DNA of 64,000 nt from an uncultured Fibrobacterales bacterium (GCA_963934255.1 CAWVXU010000003.1:1-64000); one strand, 5' to 3'; shown: positions 18,896 to 29,941, counted from the first letter of the stretch. Numbers and translations: made by a program. Notes: a model not told the origin generated them from the letters alone.

Positions 18896-21800
18896 TTATC
18901 TGGAAATCAATAACTTCTCAAGGCGAGATTCACGAATGGCTTGATTTTGACTATTAAAAGTCTTCGATAAGACTTTATAAAAGTACACTCCGTTTGCGAG
19001 CTTTCGACCATATCGGTCCCGCCCATTAAATACTGTCACCCCACTTACGACATCTTTTAAGCTACGCACTAAGCGACCATTTTGATCAAATATCTTTATC
19101 TGAACATTTGCTTTTGCCTGAGTTTTAAAATAGAACTTTGTTCTTTTTTTCATAGGATTGGGCGAATTATAGACATCATTTAAAGCCAAAGTTTGAGCAT
19201 CACTTATCTTTAGAAGCCATTTCTTAGAAGAAAAATTGCCCAATATATCTAGAGCTCTTACCTCAAGAGGGTATTCCCCAGGCACCACACTAGCTCCAAG
19301 GTCTAGCCTAAATGTTGCCCGCTTACCATGAAGTATTTCAAAATTAGCGTGTTGTCTTGGATATAACTCTTCAATTTCAACTGAGACTCCCTCATCCACC
19401 TCTTCGGATAAATCAATCCCTGTCTCATCGGTGATTTCAAATTCAATACATGCAGGAGTAGAACTCTCAATCACATCACCATAATACCCTGTTGTCGTTG
19501 GATTCGCATCACATGGGTAGGCTTGAATCGTCGGAGGCTGCTCGTCATCAATATCACCTGCAGAAGCTGATGTGCCAAACAGAGAAATTCCTGTCTTAGC
19601 CATTGAGCCATAATAAGGTTGTAAATCTTGCCAAGCATAAGCAGTCAACACAGCATTAGTATCGCCAAAACTGAGTTTTCTTGGTGTAATAAATTCAGTT
19701 GAAAATTTTCCATCCTGAAATTCTAGAACTTCAGCGTAAAGAGTTTTGCCTGATATCTCTGCTGGTACATTTTCTATGATTAGGGGGCTTTCTTGTTTAA
19801 ATACCCTACTTGAAGCCTGTTCAATTACTTTCAAATAAATTTTACCACTTCTTGCCTTACCCGTCACGAACCCTTGCAACTTGACCTTTTGCAAAGCTTG
19901 CAAAGTATCCGGGATAGAATCAAATTTAATCTCTAACCGGGGTTTAGGGAGGGTCAGTACAGGCTCACCTAATAGGAAATATTTTTCGGCATTCCAACGA
20001 GATTTATAAATACTTCCCGTCGTTGATTGAACGACTCTTTCTTTCGTTCGAGCAAGGGCGTCCCCTACTCTAACATCATCAGTAAAGTCAAAAAGCTTTG
20101 CAGCAAATATTTGAGACATCACGCGGTTATCATTATTATATGACTTACGACTAGCTGCAATAGCTGCTATAGCTCCTCGTGTGCCGGAGATCATAAGCTC
20201 TTGAGCTAAAGCGGTTCCATTAATCCGATCTACTCGGCCGACCGTACATGAAAATGCTGAAAAAATCGGGGTCTTTCCTGTGTTGCTCATTTGATTGACT
20301 GAAATATCGTTTAATAAGTTTTCGTCCGAGAGTTGATCACTTGATCCATGGCCAAAATAATTGAAATAGAGCTGCCCATAATCCATTTTTCGAATAATAT
20401 CTTGCTTGGCAGTCGGTTTTTGAAAGCTAGCATCGGCTGCGTATTCTTCAATATAAACTTTTGTCTGATTCATCCATTGATTTTGAAATTTGATAACAGA
20501 AGAGACTGCTTCACTATTGTTCATATGAGCCGCTCCTATTTGATCTGCTTCACCATTTTGCGAAAAATCATCGGCTGCGAGTAATATTTGACTTCGCCAA
20601 AAGCCTTGATTCATTTCTCCTTTTTCAGAAAACAATTTAAGCTTCTCAATATAATTTTCCACATCTTCATCAGAACTTACCGGAAGACGGCCTAGAGATA
20701 AATCAAAATCATAAGAGCTGCGGATAAGCTCCTCACCAGGGTCCAGGAGGCCATAGAAATCATCCGTTGCATAGTCTTCAATTTCGTATGTCGGAACATT
20801 AAGGTCAACTCCTTTATTCAACAAATTTCTTACATCATAATGTGTATCACCTACCAGTAGAAGGTATTTAAATTCATCTCCAGCTATTGATTTTACATAT
20901 CGCAAAAAATCTCTGATTGCTGTAGGACTTGGTCTTCCACCGCTGTAATGTTGAAAAATACGTTCCACCTCCACTACACCCGTTTTATATGCATGAAGTA
21001 ATTTGGAAGAACTTCTGAGCTTAGCGAGTTCCATTACCGAGGTACTGAGGTGTTGAGGAGATATAATGAGGTACTCAATATCTTTAAAACTAGTATTGAC
21101 AGACTCAAGGCTATTCAGATCATTAATAGTACCTGAAGCCGGTGGATTTATTGCTAAGATTTCTGGGCTCTTTATTTTTAAATCCCACATATAATATTGT
21201 ACTGAGTCACTCGTTGCATAATCTCGATGGAGGCCACCGTCAAAAGCTAAGATGCCTACTGCTTCATTATCGACTATCTTGATTATAGGAAGAAACATCC
21301 CAACTGGAATCCCAACTGATTGGTTAAATTTTTGATGATTAAGGATATACGGCTGACGCTCATCATAAAACAATTGGGCTTTATAGGCAATTGTATATGA
21401 ATCAAATCGATGATCAAATATTGAAAACGACGCAGGGTGAACCTGTATACTGAAATATTTAGAATCAAATTTTAGAGTACTTAGCTGATTCAAAAACTTG
21501 CCCATATATGCAATATATGGCATCATAACTTGTTCTTGGCCATTGATATAAAAATTATACTTCACGCCATCAAACCGGGCGGCTTCAGGTTTGGAAAGTT
21601 CAGTTGCTGCCGATGAGCCACGCCCTCGCCCAGGATAAAATTTCATCCAAGCATAAGCTGAATCTCCTGCATAATGAAGGAAGCTTTCTGTATTAGGATG
21701 ACTGACTATATGAGGATTTCTATCTTCATTATCAATATAAACCCAATGCCACTCCACACCTGTGGAATCATCAATTTCTCGCCCCTGAGAGTCTTTGTGT

Positions 21801-22504
21801 ACATCATCACGAAGAGTAGTTTCTTTTTCAGCATGTCGATAGTGCCAAAGATAGGTCAGAGTGTCATTCACTTCGCCTAATTTTTCCAAGGTATCTAAAG
21901 TCAATCCTACTGTACTCTGAGTCCCTCCGATTCCCAAATAATACGATTGGAAATCACCCCAAGGACTATGACTTAGCTGATATTTTAATTGATAAATCGG
22001 GTCTTCAACTCGTTGCCAGATTGATGAACCATGCCCATAAAAAAGAAGTGAGTCACCTTCATCAAAAAGCCCATTTGTGTTGAGGTCTTTTCGGATCATT
22101 GGCACTTCATTAAAATGTTCTTGAGGGGAATAAATTTCTATTGGCGCTTTAACAGGCAGAGAGTCTGCACTTGAAGTCCAAATTGAAATTGAGTTAATCG
22201 GAACACCACGAAGCCTGCTGCCCACAATTTTATTCAATGAATTATAGCTCAAACCTTGCATGCCATCTTGAGAAAAATCACCTGGACTTGGTGAAGTCAC
22301 CCTGATCTCAGCGACAAAATCATCCGTCCTCAAAGAATTTGAAATTGCTGAAACTTTACGGGCCGATTTTTTAACAATAGAGGGCACTACTTGACGTGAA
22401 CTTTTAAAAAAATCACCCGCCGAGATAGGACTCAAGCTAAAAATAAGAATGAACGTGACAAGAGCAAAGGCTGTAGAATTCGAGGGGGAGCAAGAAAGCT
22501 TCAT
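18896..22504 (-). CDS. porU: T9SS sortase PorU-like C25 peptidase, paralogue B
   Basis: Same motif set and near-identical length (1202 vs 1206 aa); GHG and SC catalytic motifs intact. Confidence 0.88.
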   Translation of the reverse strand: MKLSCSPSNSTAFALVTFILIFSLSPISAGDFFKSSRQVVPSIVKKSARKVSAISNSLRTDDFVAEIRVTSPSPGDFSQDGMQGLSYNSLNKIVGSRLRGVPINSISIWTSSADSLPVKAPIEIYSPQEHFNEVPMIRKDLNTNGLFDEGDSLLFYGHGSSIWQRVEDPIYQLKYQLSHSPWGDFQSYYLGIGGTQSTVGLTLDTLEKLGEVNDTLTYLWHYRHAEKETTLRDDVHKDSQGREIDDSTGVEWHWVYIDNEDRNPHIVSHPNTESFLHYAGDSAYAWMKFYPGRGRGSSAATELSKPEAARFDGVKYNFYINGQEQVMMPYIAYMGKFLNQLSTLKFDSKYFSIQVHPASFSIFDHRFDSYTIAYKAQLFYDERQPYILNHQKFNQSVGIPVGMFLPIIKIVDNEAVGILAFDGGLHRDYATSDSVQYYMWDLKIKSPEILAINPPASGTINDLNSLESVNTSFKDIEYLIISPQHLSTSVMELAKLRSSSKLLHAYKTGVVEVERIFQHYSGGRPSPTAIRDFLRYVKSIAGDEFKYLLLVGDTHYDVRNLLNKGVDLNVPTYEIEDYATDDFYGLLDPGEELIRSSYDFDLSLGRLPVSSDEDVENYIEKLKLFSEKGEMNQGFWRSQILLAADDFSQNGEADQIGAAHMNNSEAVSSVIKFQNQWMNQTKVYIEEYAADASFQKPTAKQDIIRKMDYGQLYFNYFGHGSSDQLSDENLLNDISVNQMSNTGKTPIFSAFSCTVGRVDRINGTALAQELMISGTRGAIAAIAASRKSYNNDNRVMSQIFAAKLFDFTDDVRVGDALARTKERVVQSTTGSIYKSRWNAEKYFLLGEPVLTLPKPRLEIKFDSIPDTLQALQKVKLQGFVTGKARSGKIYLKVIEQASSRVFKQESPLIIENVPAEISGKTLYAEVLEFQDGKFSTEFITPRKLSFGDTNAVLTAYAWQDLQPYYGSMAKTGISLFGTSASAGDIDDEQPPTIQAYPCDANPTTTGYYGDVIESSTPACIEFEITDETGIDLSEEVDEGVSVEIEELYPRQHANFEILHGKRATFRLDLGASVVPGEYPLEVRALDILGNFSSKKWLLKISDAQTLALNDVYNSPNPMKKRTKFYFKTQAKANVQIKIFDQNGRLVRSLKDVVSGVTVFNGRDRYGRKLANGVYFYKVLSKTFNSQNQAIRESRLEKLLISR

Positions 22505-22521
22505 AGCTATAATCTAAACAT

Positions 22522-23400
22522 TTATTGCCAGATAAATAGCGGCATTTTACTTTTGTAGACTTGGAGTCCACCTAAAGCACTTGAGATAGGCTCTTTAAGA
22601 AGTCTGTCAATCAAGGGAGCAGGTGGTGTTATTTCAATAAACTCTGCTGATTTAGCAAGCCCTGTTTGTTCGATAATATATTCTTTGGCGATATCAAATC
22701 CACCAAGAGAGTCAACTAAACCAAGTTCAAGAGCACGACGTCCAGTAAAAACAGAACCATCAGCGAATGTTTTAATCGAATCAATACTTAAACCACGGCC
22801 CACAGATATTGCTTCCATAAACTGCATCCAAGTATCGTTAATTACTACTTGCATTTTCGTGGCTGAAGCTTTATCTAATTTCTTAAAAGGATTGCCTGTA
22901 GCTTTATGAGCACCGCTATTAATGATGTTCATTTTGACCCCGATTTTTTCCATCAATTCGGTGGCTTCAGGGAATTGCGTGATGACACCAATCGACCCCG
23001 TAAGTGTTCCAGGATTAGCAAATATCTTTAAACTTGAGGCCGTTGAATAAACGCCACCTGAGGCTGAGATATTTCCAAAGCTGGTGATGACAGGAAAGTC
23101 GTCTTGGCGTAACTGAAGAAGTTTAGCATTAATCTCTTGAGCTGCACCCACAGCGCCGCCAGGAGAATCAACACGAAGTAGGATTCCACGACATTTTGGA
23201 TCTTTTAGATGGTCATTAAACTGATTAAGTACTGGCTCTGAATCCATCAAAGCACCTTGAATCTTAACAAGGCCAATATAAGGCGCTGAAGCAGTTGGAT
23301 TGACTGGCCCTTGAACCAACTGACCCATCAAAAATCCACAACTAGCAAGCATCATAAAGAAACTGCAGACGACCACTAAAAACCAAGGTATTTTTTTCAT
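22522..23400 (-). CDS. sppA: Signal peptide peptidase (S49, 36K type)
   Basis: LRVDSPGG, SASGGVY, TLTGSIGV, SGAHK, DGSVFTG..ALELGLVD. Confidence 0.93.
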   Translation of the reverse strand: MKKIPWFLVVVCSFFMMLASCGFLMGQLVQGPVNPTASAPYIGLVKIQGALMDSEPVLNQFNDHLKDPKCRGILLRVDSPGGAVGAAQEINAKLLQLRQDDFPVITSFGNISASGGVYSTASSLKIFANPGTLTGSIGVITQFPEATELMEKIGVKMNIINSGAHKATGNPFKKLDKASATKMQVVINDTWMQFMEAISVGRGLSIDSIKTFADGSVFTGRRALELGLVDSLGGFDIAKEYIIEQTGLAKSAEFIEITPPAPLIDRLLKEPISSALGGLQVYKSKMPLFIWQ

Positions 23401-25598
23401 TTGGATTCTCCAATTTTAATTTTCATGCCTGGCTTAATAGAACGTCGTTCTAATTTATTCCAGGACTTCAATTCATCTACAGAGACACCATGGTCTTTAG
23501 ATATTTGCCAAAGAGTATCGCCCGATTGCACTGTATACCACTTGACTCCACCTGAGATACTTATTTGCTTCTGCTTAGATTGAACAAGTCTTTTCGAAGA
23601 GCTGCCTGTTTGAGGATGAGGCACTCTCAATTTCATACCCGGTTGAATTTTGGAACCGGGCTTTAAATTATTGAGATTTATTAATTCACTTAAAGACACA
23701 TTGAGGCTTTGAGCAATATTATACAGGTTATCACCGCGCTTAATCGTGTAGATTTTAGAATTTGATCTGGTGTTTGAGACCTTCGAAGATTGTTGCGTGT
23801 TTGAACTCTTAGAAACTGTCCTCCCGCCCCCTACTTTGGGTACTTTTAATTTCTGACCCACGCTCAAATTTGACGATGAAACTTTGTTTACCGCCATGAG
23901 CTCAACGCTTGTCATATCATATTTATCAGCTATTAGGGAAAAGTTATCGCCTGATTTGACTTTATAGGTAGTGAGTTCAGATGACTTCCAAATCCGAGAT
24001 GGTTTTGAAGTCTTCGCTTGAGTCACTTTTTGAGCTACTGGATATTTTAGCTTCTGCCCCACTTGAATACTTTGACGAACATTGATCTTATTGGCATCCA
24101 AAAGAGTATTGAGTGAAACACCGAGTTTGCGAGAAATAGTATAGAGGTTATCACCGCGTCTTACTTTATAAATTTTTGTAGTCTGTCCTGATTGGTTTTG
24201 ATACTGTTTGGAGTATTTTGCCCCGAGGCCTGCTGGTAAAGGAATAACCAAAACTTGACCAATGAGTAAACGATTGGATTTGATATTATTGGCCGCTTTG
24301 ATTTCAGAGATATTAATTCCATAGCGACTCGCAATTTTACCTAAGTATTCACCTGATCTAACCTTATGTCGATGAAGTGTTTTGAGTTTGGACTTATCCA
24401 TCTCAGCATATTTGACTTCCCAAAGTTTTCGTTTGCCCACAGGGACTTTGAAATCATAATTTTTAAAATTACTCGGAGTACACCATTTACGAAGCTCAGG
24501 GTTTAAAGCCTTAAGAGTAACTTCGGGTACATCAATTAATTTGGCTATAGTTGAAAGCGGTATAGAATGAGAAACCGGGGTTGACTCCCAAACAGGTGGC
24601 GTCATTTGTGTGACTTCGATGCCGTATCGTTCAGGGTAATGACCTATGATAGCCGCAGCAATAATCCTTGGGACATAGTGCTTAGTTTCTTTAGGAAGAT
24701 TTAATTCCCAATAGTTTTTGGTCCCGGCTTTTCTTATGGCGCGACGTACACATCCACCACCACAATTATAGGCAGCCATCGCTAGATGCCAATCTCCAAA
24801 TTGTTTATGGAGGTCTCGCATAAAACTAATTGCACCACGAGTTGATTTAAGAGGGTCTCTTCTTTCATCTAACCACCAGTCAATCTTCATACCATAGGCA
24901 CGACCTGTCGATGGTATAAATTGCCAAATACCGCCAGCACTTGCAGTCGAAGTGGCAGAGGTTTTATAACCTGATTCAACTAGCGCTTGATAGATGAGGT
25001 CTCTTGGTACATCCATCGAGTCTAGTTCGCGATAAATTAATTCATCGTAGAGAGTCTTACGTGAAAGTGACTTACGCATAAATGACGGCACTCTTTGAGA
25101 AAGGAAATGTAGCTCTTCATAAACACGCTCATTGAGGACAATAGGAATAGAAAATTTACTGATATCAATACTATCAGATAGAGTCTTGATGGTCGTCGAT
25201 TCAGTTGAGTCTAAAATAATGTCCTCAAACTCAGAAAGCCAAAGACCCACGGTATCTTCTTGAATCTGCCCTTCAACTTGAAGCCAGGTCGATTCCATCC
25301 CGAGGAGAACAGAATCCAAATAGAGCGAAAGACTCGAATCTTTAGACAACGAGTCAATTCCGAGTTCTTGCAAGTATGCCAAAGCATAGCGATATTGCTT
25401 ATCTGATTCTTGAAATTCTTCTTCACGTTCTAATTTGAGACCCATTTGATAATGAACCCTTGAAGCTTCGAGAGATTCTGGAATAAGGCTTTGAGGCTTT
25501 TTTTGAAGGCTGCAAGCCACCAAAGTTTCACAGAGAATAAGAAAAGCCCCCAACTCGAGAGCTTTTTTAAAATAATGAGCTTGATTAAATAAGTTCAT
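23397..25598 (-). CDS. mltD: MltD-like lytic transglycosylase (GH23) with five LysM domains
   Basis: ALVESG, GIWQFIPSTG, AAYNCG, ETKHYVPR; five LysM repeats ([HY]xVxxG[DE]xL); possible lipobox LVAC. Confidence 0.9.
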   Translation of the reverse strand: MNLFNQAHYFKKALELGAFLILCETLVACSLQKKPQSLIPESLEASRVHYQMGLKLEREEEFQESDKQYRYALAYLQELGIDSLSKDSSLSLYLDSVLLGMESTWLQVEGQIQEDTVGLWLSEFEDIILDSTESTTIKTLSDSIDISKFSIPIVLNERVYEELHFLSQRVPSFMRKSLSRKTLYDELIYRELDSMDVPRDLIYQALVESGYKTSATSTASAGGIWQFIPSTGRAYGMKIDWWLDERRDPLKSTRGAISFMRDLHKQFGDWHLAMAAYNCGGGCVRRAIRKAGTKNYWELNLPKETKHYVPRIIAAAIIGHYPERYGIEVTQMTPPVWESTPVSHSIPLSTIAKLIDVPEVTLKALNPELRKWCTPSNFKNYDFKVPVGKRKLWEVKYAEMDKSKLKTLHRHKVRSGEYLGKIASRYGINISEIKAANNIKSNRLLIGQVLVIPLPAGLGAKYSKQYQNQSGQTTKIYKVRRGDNLYTISRKLGVSLNTLLDANKINVRQSIQVGQKLKYPVAQKVTQAKTSKPSRIWKSSELTTYKVKSGDNFSLIADKYDMTSVELMAVNKVSSSNLSVGQKLKVPKVGGGRTVSKSSNTQQSSKVSNTRSNSKIYTIKRGDNLYNIAQSLNVSLSELINLNNLKPGSKIQPGMKLRVPHPQTGSSSKRLVQSKQKQISISGGVKWYTVQSGDTLWQISKDHGVSVDELKSWNKLERRSIKPGMKIKIGESK

Positions 25599-25611
25599 TT
25601 AGTGCTGACGA

Positions 25612-25809
25612 CTAATCGTCGAAATCAAGATCTTCAGCGTAATCATTCCAGATTTGATCCCGCTTAAAAGACGGAGTGTCAAAATCGACTTCTTCGTCTT
25701 CATCATCATCATCTTCATCTTCGAATTCATCATGATCCCCGCCGAGTGGCTGATAATCATCAAAATCTTCTGCTTTGGGTCTTCTACCAAATTCAAGTTT
25801 TCTTTTCAT
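25612..25809 (-). CDS. Small, highly acidic protein
   Basis: 65 aa with a D/E run; GAGG Shine-Dalgarno upstream; 13 nt before mltD. Confidence 0.65.
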   Translation of the reverse strand: MKRKLEFGRRPKAEDFDDYQPLGGDHDEFEDEDDDDEDEEVDFDTPSFKRDQIWNDYAEDLDFDD

Positions 25810-25924
25810 AACGATACCTCACATGGAAGTTGAAAAATAATTTAAACAATTTGGAGTAAAAATATGTGTTTTGGCTCTTCCGTCAATAGTATATTATAGG
25901 AAAATAAATTTAATAGGTTATTCC

Positions 25925-27625
25925 GTGAAAACTTTGCTCATATTTACCTGTATATTCAGTTTTTTTAGTCTTTCTTGGGGTGATTCTACGAAAATAGATT
26001 CAAGTAGCTCTTCGATAGACAATAAAATTAAAACAGAAAACCTTTCTGCCATCACAATAACTCTGTCTGAAATGGTCGATCCGGGAATGGCATCCTACAC
26101 AAAACGTGCCATTTCTGATGCCAAATCCAAGAAACCAGATATAATTATCTTTGAAGTAAACACTTTTGGAGGCAGATTAGATGCAGCATTTGAAATCGTC
26201 GATGCCATCACCGAAATTCGAGATATTAGAACTATCGCCCTCGTCAACAAAAAAGCCATCTCTGCCGGTGCACTAATATCTCTGGCAGCTGATGAAATGT
26301 ATATGCGACCCAACACAACCATTGGTGATTGTGCTCCGATTATTCAAGGTCAAGATGGTCCCACGATGCTTGGTGAAAAGATCCAATCCCCACTTAGAGC
26401 CAAATTTAGAGGACTCGCTCAAAAAAACGGCTACTCAGAACTACTCTCCATGGCCATGGTCTCAGAAAATCTTGAAATATTTAAATTAACTGCCAAAGCG
26501 GATTCGAGTGTGATTGAATTCATGCAAAGCGTCCACTATGATGAGCTAAGTGAAAAAGAGAAATCTACCTGGCACCAAAAAACAACTATTGTTCAAGCTG
26601 GAGAACTTTTGACGATCACCAATAGTGAAGCTGTTGAATTTGGGTTTTCTAAAGGTACTATGGAAGATATTGAAAGCTTAAAGACTCATCTCAATGTCAC
26701 TGAAGTCAAAGAAATCAAGATCTCTTGGTCTGAATCAATGGTCAGAGCACTTGCAGCGCTTTCCCCTATTTTATTACTTCTAGGATTTGGCTCCCTATAC
26801 ATAGAAATTAAAACTCCTGGCTTTGGATTCTTTGGTGTACTAGGGATTCTCTGTATCGGCATTGTTTTCGGCGGCCAATACTTAACTGGATTGTCTGACC
26901 ACCTAGCCATCGTATTGTTTGCACTCGGCGCCTTATTGATAATAGTTGAAATGTTCGTTTTCCCAGGGACTTGGATATCTGGAGCGATTGGCCTCCTCTG
27001 CTTCATAGCCGCTCTGTCTATCGGTATGACTAAGCAAGCCCAAGCCAAAGAGGACGCTCTTGAGCAAGCTCAAAAACAAGAAGGGCTCAAGACCTCTCAA
27101 GAGGCCCAAGACAAGGCTAAGCAATCTGATAAACCGCCTGCAGACCAGCTTAAGCCGGGTCAGCCAAATGATGAACCCGATACTAATAAGGTGAGTGACT
27201 CAATTTCTGAAAAAACATCACCGACTTTAACTCCTGCTAAAATCACAACTCCAAAAACCTCCTTTGAAACTTATTCTGACCAAGTAAAGTATCTACTGCT
27301 ATTAGCACTTGGTGGACTTATATTCCCTATTGTCTTTGCGCGATATATCCTACCTAATATCCCTGCACGTCATGGCGTGATGCTCAATGAAACACTTGAG
27401 GACGCTCATGTTCAAGATGGAGCTTTTGGCTTTAGAATTGGGCAAGAAGGCAAGGCAATCAATTTACTCAAACCGATGGGGACAGTCGATTTTGATGGAA
27501 AGCTCAAAGAAGTTACAGCAAGATCAGGCTTTATTGATCAAGACTGTAAGGTGAGAATTTGTTCGGTAGAAAACCATCAAATTTGGGTGGAAGAAATTCC
27601 ACAAGTTCAGGCGGAGGAGTCATGA
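25925..27625 (+). CDS. nfeD: NfeD-family membrane-bound serine protease (long form, YqeZ-like)
   Basis: EVNTFGG, AISAGALI, GELLTIT, EIKTPGFG, C-terminal OB fold LKPMGTV. GTG start at 25925 preferred; the ORF track starts at 25871. Confidence 0.88.
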   Translation: MKTLLIFTCIFSFFSLSWGDSTKIDSSSSSIDNKIKTENLSAITITLSEMVDPGMASYTKRAISDAKSKKPDIIIFEVNTFGGRLDAAFEIVDAITEIRDIRTIALVNKKAISAGALISLAADEMYMRPNTTIGDCAPIIQGQDGPTMLGEKIQSPLRAKFRGLAQKNGYSELLSMAMVSENLEIFKLTAKADSSVIEFMQSVHYDELSEKEKSTWHQKTTIVQAGELLTITNSEAVEFGFSKGTMEDIESLKTHLNVTEVKEIKISWSESMVRALAALSPILLLLGFGSLYIEIKTPGFGFFGVLGILCIGIVFGGQYLTGLSDHLAIVLFALGALLIIVEMFVFPGTWISGAIGLLCFIAALSIGMTKQAQAKEDALEQAQKQEGLKTSQEAQDKAKQSDKPPADQLKPGQPNDEPDTNKVSDSISEKTSPTLTPAKITTPKTSFETYSDQVKYLLLLALGGLIFPIVFARYILPNIPARHGVMLNETLEDAHVQDGAFGFRIGQEGKAINLLKPMGTVDFDGKLKEVTARSGFIDQDCKVRICSVENHQIWVEEIPQVQAEES

Positions 27626-28125
27626 GTTTCTCAGAAATCCCTTCTATCATCTGGGGGCTCCAGATAGCCGTATTTGTCCTACTTGTCCTTGAAATCATAA
27701 TTCCTTCAGGTGGTATTATTTTTGCCATGGCTGCTATTGCTCTTGTCTGGGCATGGATGCAGACTTTGAATGTAGATTTAGGTCATTGGACATTTGTGTT
27801 TTTAGGTGTTGATCTTATCGGTATTCCATTCATGATTTGGCTCTCTCTTAAGGCACTGAAGAAATCAGGCTTTACACTCCAAACTGAGCTAGTAAGCGAT
27901 GAAGGATTTCAATCTCCTCATGCTTTTGATCAAGATTTATCAGGTCAAGTCGGTGTAGTAACTCAAGATTTGAGACCCGTCGGCAAAATAAGACTAGAAC
28001 AAGGAGAGTTTGAAGCCATATCAGAACATGATTGGATTGTCAAGGACAGTCAAATTGAAGTACAATCTTGCCAAGACAACAAAATTATCGTCAAAAAAAT
28101 ACGAACAGAAAAAAGTAGTCCATAA
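27622..28125 (+). CDS. Short NfeD-family protein
   Basis: LVLEIIIPSGG, GVVTQDLRPVGKI...EAIS; ATGA overlap and GGAGGAG Shine-Dalgarno. Confidence 0.85.
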   Translation: MSFSEIPSIIWGLQIAVFVLLVLEIIIPSGGIIFAMAAIALVWAWMQTLNVDLGHWTFVFLGVDLIGIPFMIWLSLKALKKSGFTLQTELVSDEGFQSPHAFDQDLSGQVGVVTQDLRPVGKIRLEQGEFEAISEHDWIVKDSQIEVQSCQDNKIIVKKIRTEKSSP

Positions 28126-28167
28126 CACTAAACAACAAATAACAATTAAAAAACCAAAGGAAATAGA

Positions 28168-29151
28168 ATGCCAATAACAACCATTCTTATCATCATCGGA
28201 ATTATTGTCGCGCTTGTGATATTTTTCTTCGTTACTTCATTTATCAATCTTTACCTACAGGCTTTGTTTTCAAATGCTAGTATTAGTATTTTTCAACTTA
28301 TCGGTATGCGTCTGCGTAAAGTTCCGGCTCGTACTATTGTTGAGTCGCGCATCTTGGCAATTAAAGCCGGCATGCCTATTGACACCAACTTATTAGAAGC
28401 TCACTACCTATCAGGTGGTCATGTTATTCGTGTCGTCCAAGCACTTATTGCTGCTAATAAAGCGAACATCGAACTTCAATTCAAAGAAGCTGCTGCTATT
28501 GACCTCGCTGGTCGTAACGTACTAGAAGCGGTACAAATGTCCGTGACTCCTAAAGTCATCACGACTCCTAAAATTGTCGCTATGGCTCTTGATGGTATCC
28601 AACTTAAAGTTGTGACTCGTATTACAGTCCGTGCTTCTATTCGCAAGCTCGTTGGTGGTGCAGGCGAAGACACTGTTATCGCACGTGTCGGTGAAGGTAT
28701 TGTATCGACTATTGGTTCTGCCAAAACTCATAAAGATGTACTTGAAAATCCAAATATGATTTCTCGCCAAGTTCTCTCATCAGGTCTTGATGCCGGTACT
28801 GCTTTTGAAATACTATCTATTGATATCGCAGATGTGGATGTCGGTAAAAACATTGGTGCGGACCTAGAGACTGACCGTGCTGAAGCAGATAAAAAAATCG
28901 CTCAAGCTAAAGCCGAAGAACGCCGTGCAATGGCCTATGCTAAAGAACAAGAGATGAAAGCTGAAGTTGTCTTCATGCAATCAAAAGTGGTCGAAGCAGA
29001 AGCGCTAGTCCCTCTGGCTATGGCAGAAGCATTTAGACAAGGTAATCTTGGCGTGATGGATTATTACAAAATGAAAAACATCGAAGCCGACACCAACATG
29101 CGTGATAATATTGTTAAACCAGAAAACGATAAGTCGCAGGGAGAAGTTTAA
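28168..29151 (+). CDS. floA: Flotillin-like protein FloA (YqfA)
   Basis: [61 protein letters not shown]. Confidence 0.95.
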   Translation: MPITTILIIIGIIVALVIFFFVTSFINLYLQALFSNASISIFQLIGMRLRKVPARTIVESRILAIKAGMPIDTNLLEAHYLSGGHVIRVVQALIAANKANIELQFKEAAAIDLAGRNVLEAVQMSVTPKVITTPKIVAMALDGIQLKVVTRITVRASIRKLVGGAGEDTVIARVGEGIVSTIGSAKTHKDVLENPNMISRQVLSSGLDAGTAFEILSIDIADVDVGKNIGADLETDRAEADKKIAQAKAEERRAMAYAKEQEMKAEVVFMQSKVVEAEALVPLAMAEAFRQGNLGVMDYYKMKNIEADTNMRDNIVKPENDKSQGEV

Positions 29152-29153
29152 CA

Positions 29154-29702
29154 ATGAGTGATCTCTTTACTTGGATTATCACTATTCTCGTTTTCCAAGG
29201 CGTCGCCGCCTTGGTCAATCGATCGAATAAAGCCAAGAAAAAGGCTGATGCACAGAGGCGTCAAGGTCATGAAAGTGAAGACTCTCCTAATCAAGGCTCT
29301 GTACAAGATTCTCCTGAGAACTCAAATCCCCTAGCCAATTTTTTTGAAAACTTAGAGAAGTCTGCGGCCAACTCTCAGCCCAATCAAGTTGATTTTATAC
29401 AAAATGCTGGTGTGATTGCTCCTCAAACGACAAGTTCTTACGAACTTCATGAAGAGTCTCAACTCGAAGCGTATTCTCATTCTGAATCTGAAGACTCTGA
29501 AGAAGAAGAACGCCGAGAAGATGAAGAGTATGCTCTACAAAAAAAGGTCCGACGAAATCAGGAACGAATGGAGGAGGTCGAAAAGGAACGCATTCGTATT
29601 ATAGGTCGCCCAAGACCACTAGACCGCATCCCTCAGATGGGTCTTTTGGAACAAGGGATGCTATGGAAAGAAATCCTCGGCAAACCTAAAGGGCTTCAAT
29701 AA
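29154..29702 (+). CDS. Hypothetical membrane-anchored protein in the YqfB position
   Basis: N-terminal TM helix, charged disordered middle, C-terminal GMLWKEILGKPKG typical of floA-downstream genes. Confidence 0.7.
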   Translation: MSDLFTWIITILVFQGVAALVNRSNKAKKKADAQRRQGHESEDSPNQGSVQDSPENSNPLANFFENLEKSAANSQPNQVDFIQNAGVIAPQTTSSYELHEESQLEAYSHSESEDSEEEERREDEEYALQKKVRRNQERMEEVEKERIRIIGRPRPLDRIPQMGLLEQGMLWKEILGKPKGLQ

Positions 29703-29728
29703 AGGGTCTGATTATAGGATAATTATTT

Positions 29729-29759
29729 AAACGTTCACTTCTTTGGGGTGGACGTTTTT
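29729..29759 (+). terminator. Intrinsic terminator of the nfeD-floA operon
   Basis: AAACGTTCACTTC-TTT-GGGGTGGACGTTTTT (stem with G-U pairs). Confidence 0.7.
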
Positions 29760-29838
29760 GTGTTTTTGGGGGGGGCATATATTATATAATCAGAATTAAA
29801 TCAACAGTGATAAGTATGATTTTAGATAAAAAAATTTG

Positions 29839-29874
29839 AAAAAAATAACCTCAAGATTTTCGTCTTGAGGTTAT
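29839..29874 (-). terminator. Intrinsic terminator of the small YjfB-like gene
   Basis: ATAACCTCAAGA-loop-TCTTGAGGTTAT preceded by an A-run. Confidence 0.75.
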
Positions 29875-29941
29875 ATAATATCACATAATTTACTTTTGAA
29901 TATTCACTGACATTCACAGAAAACATGTTGATATCAATGAG

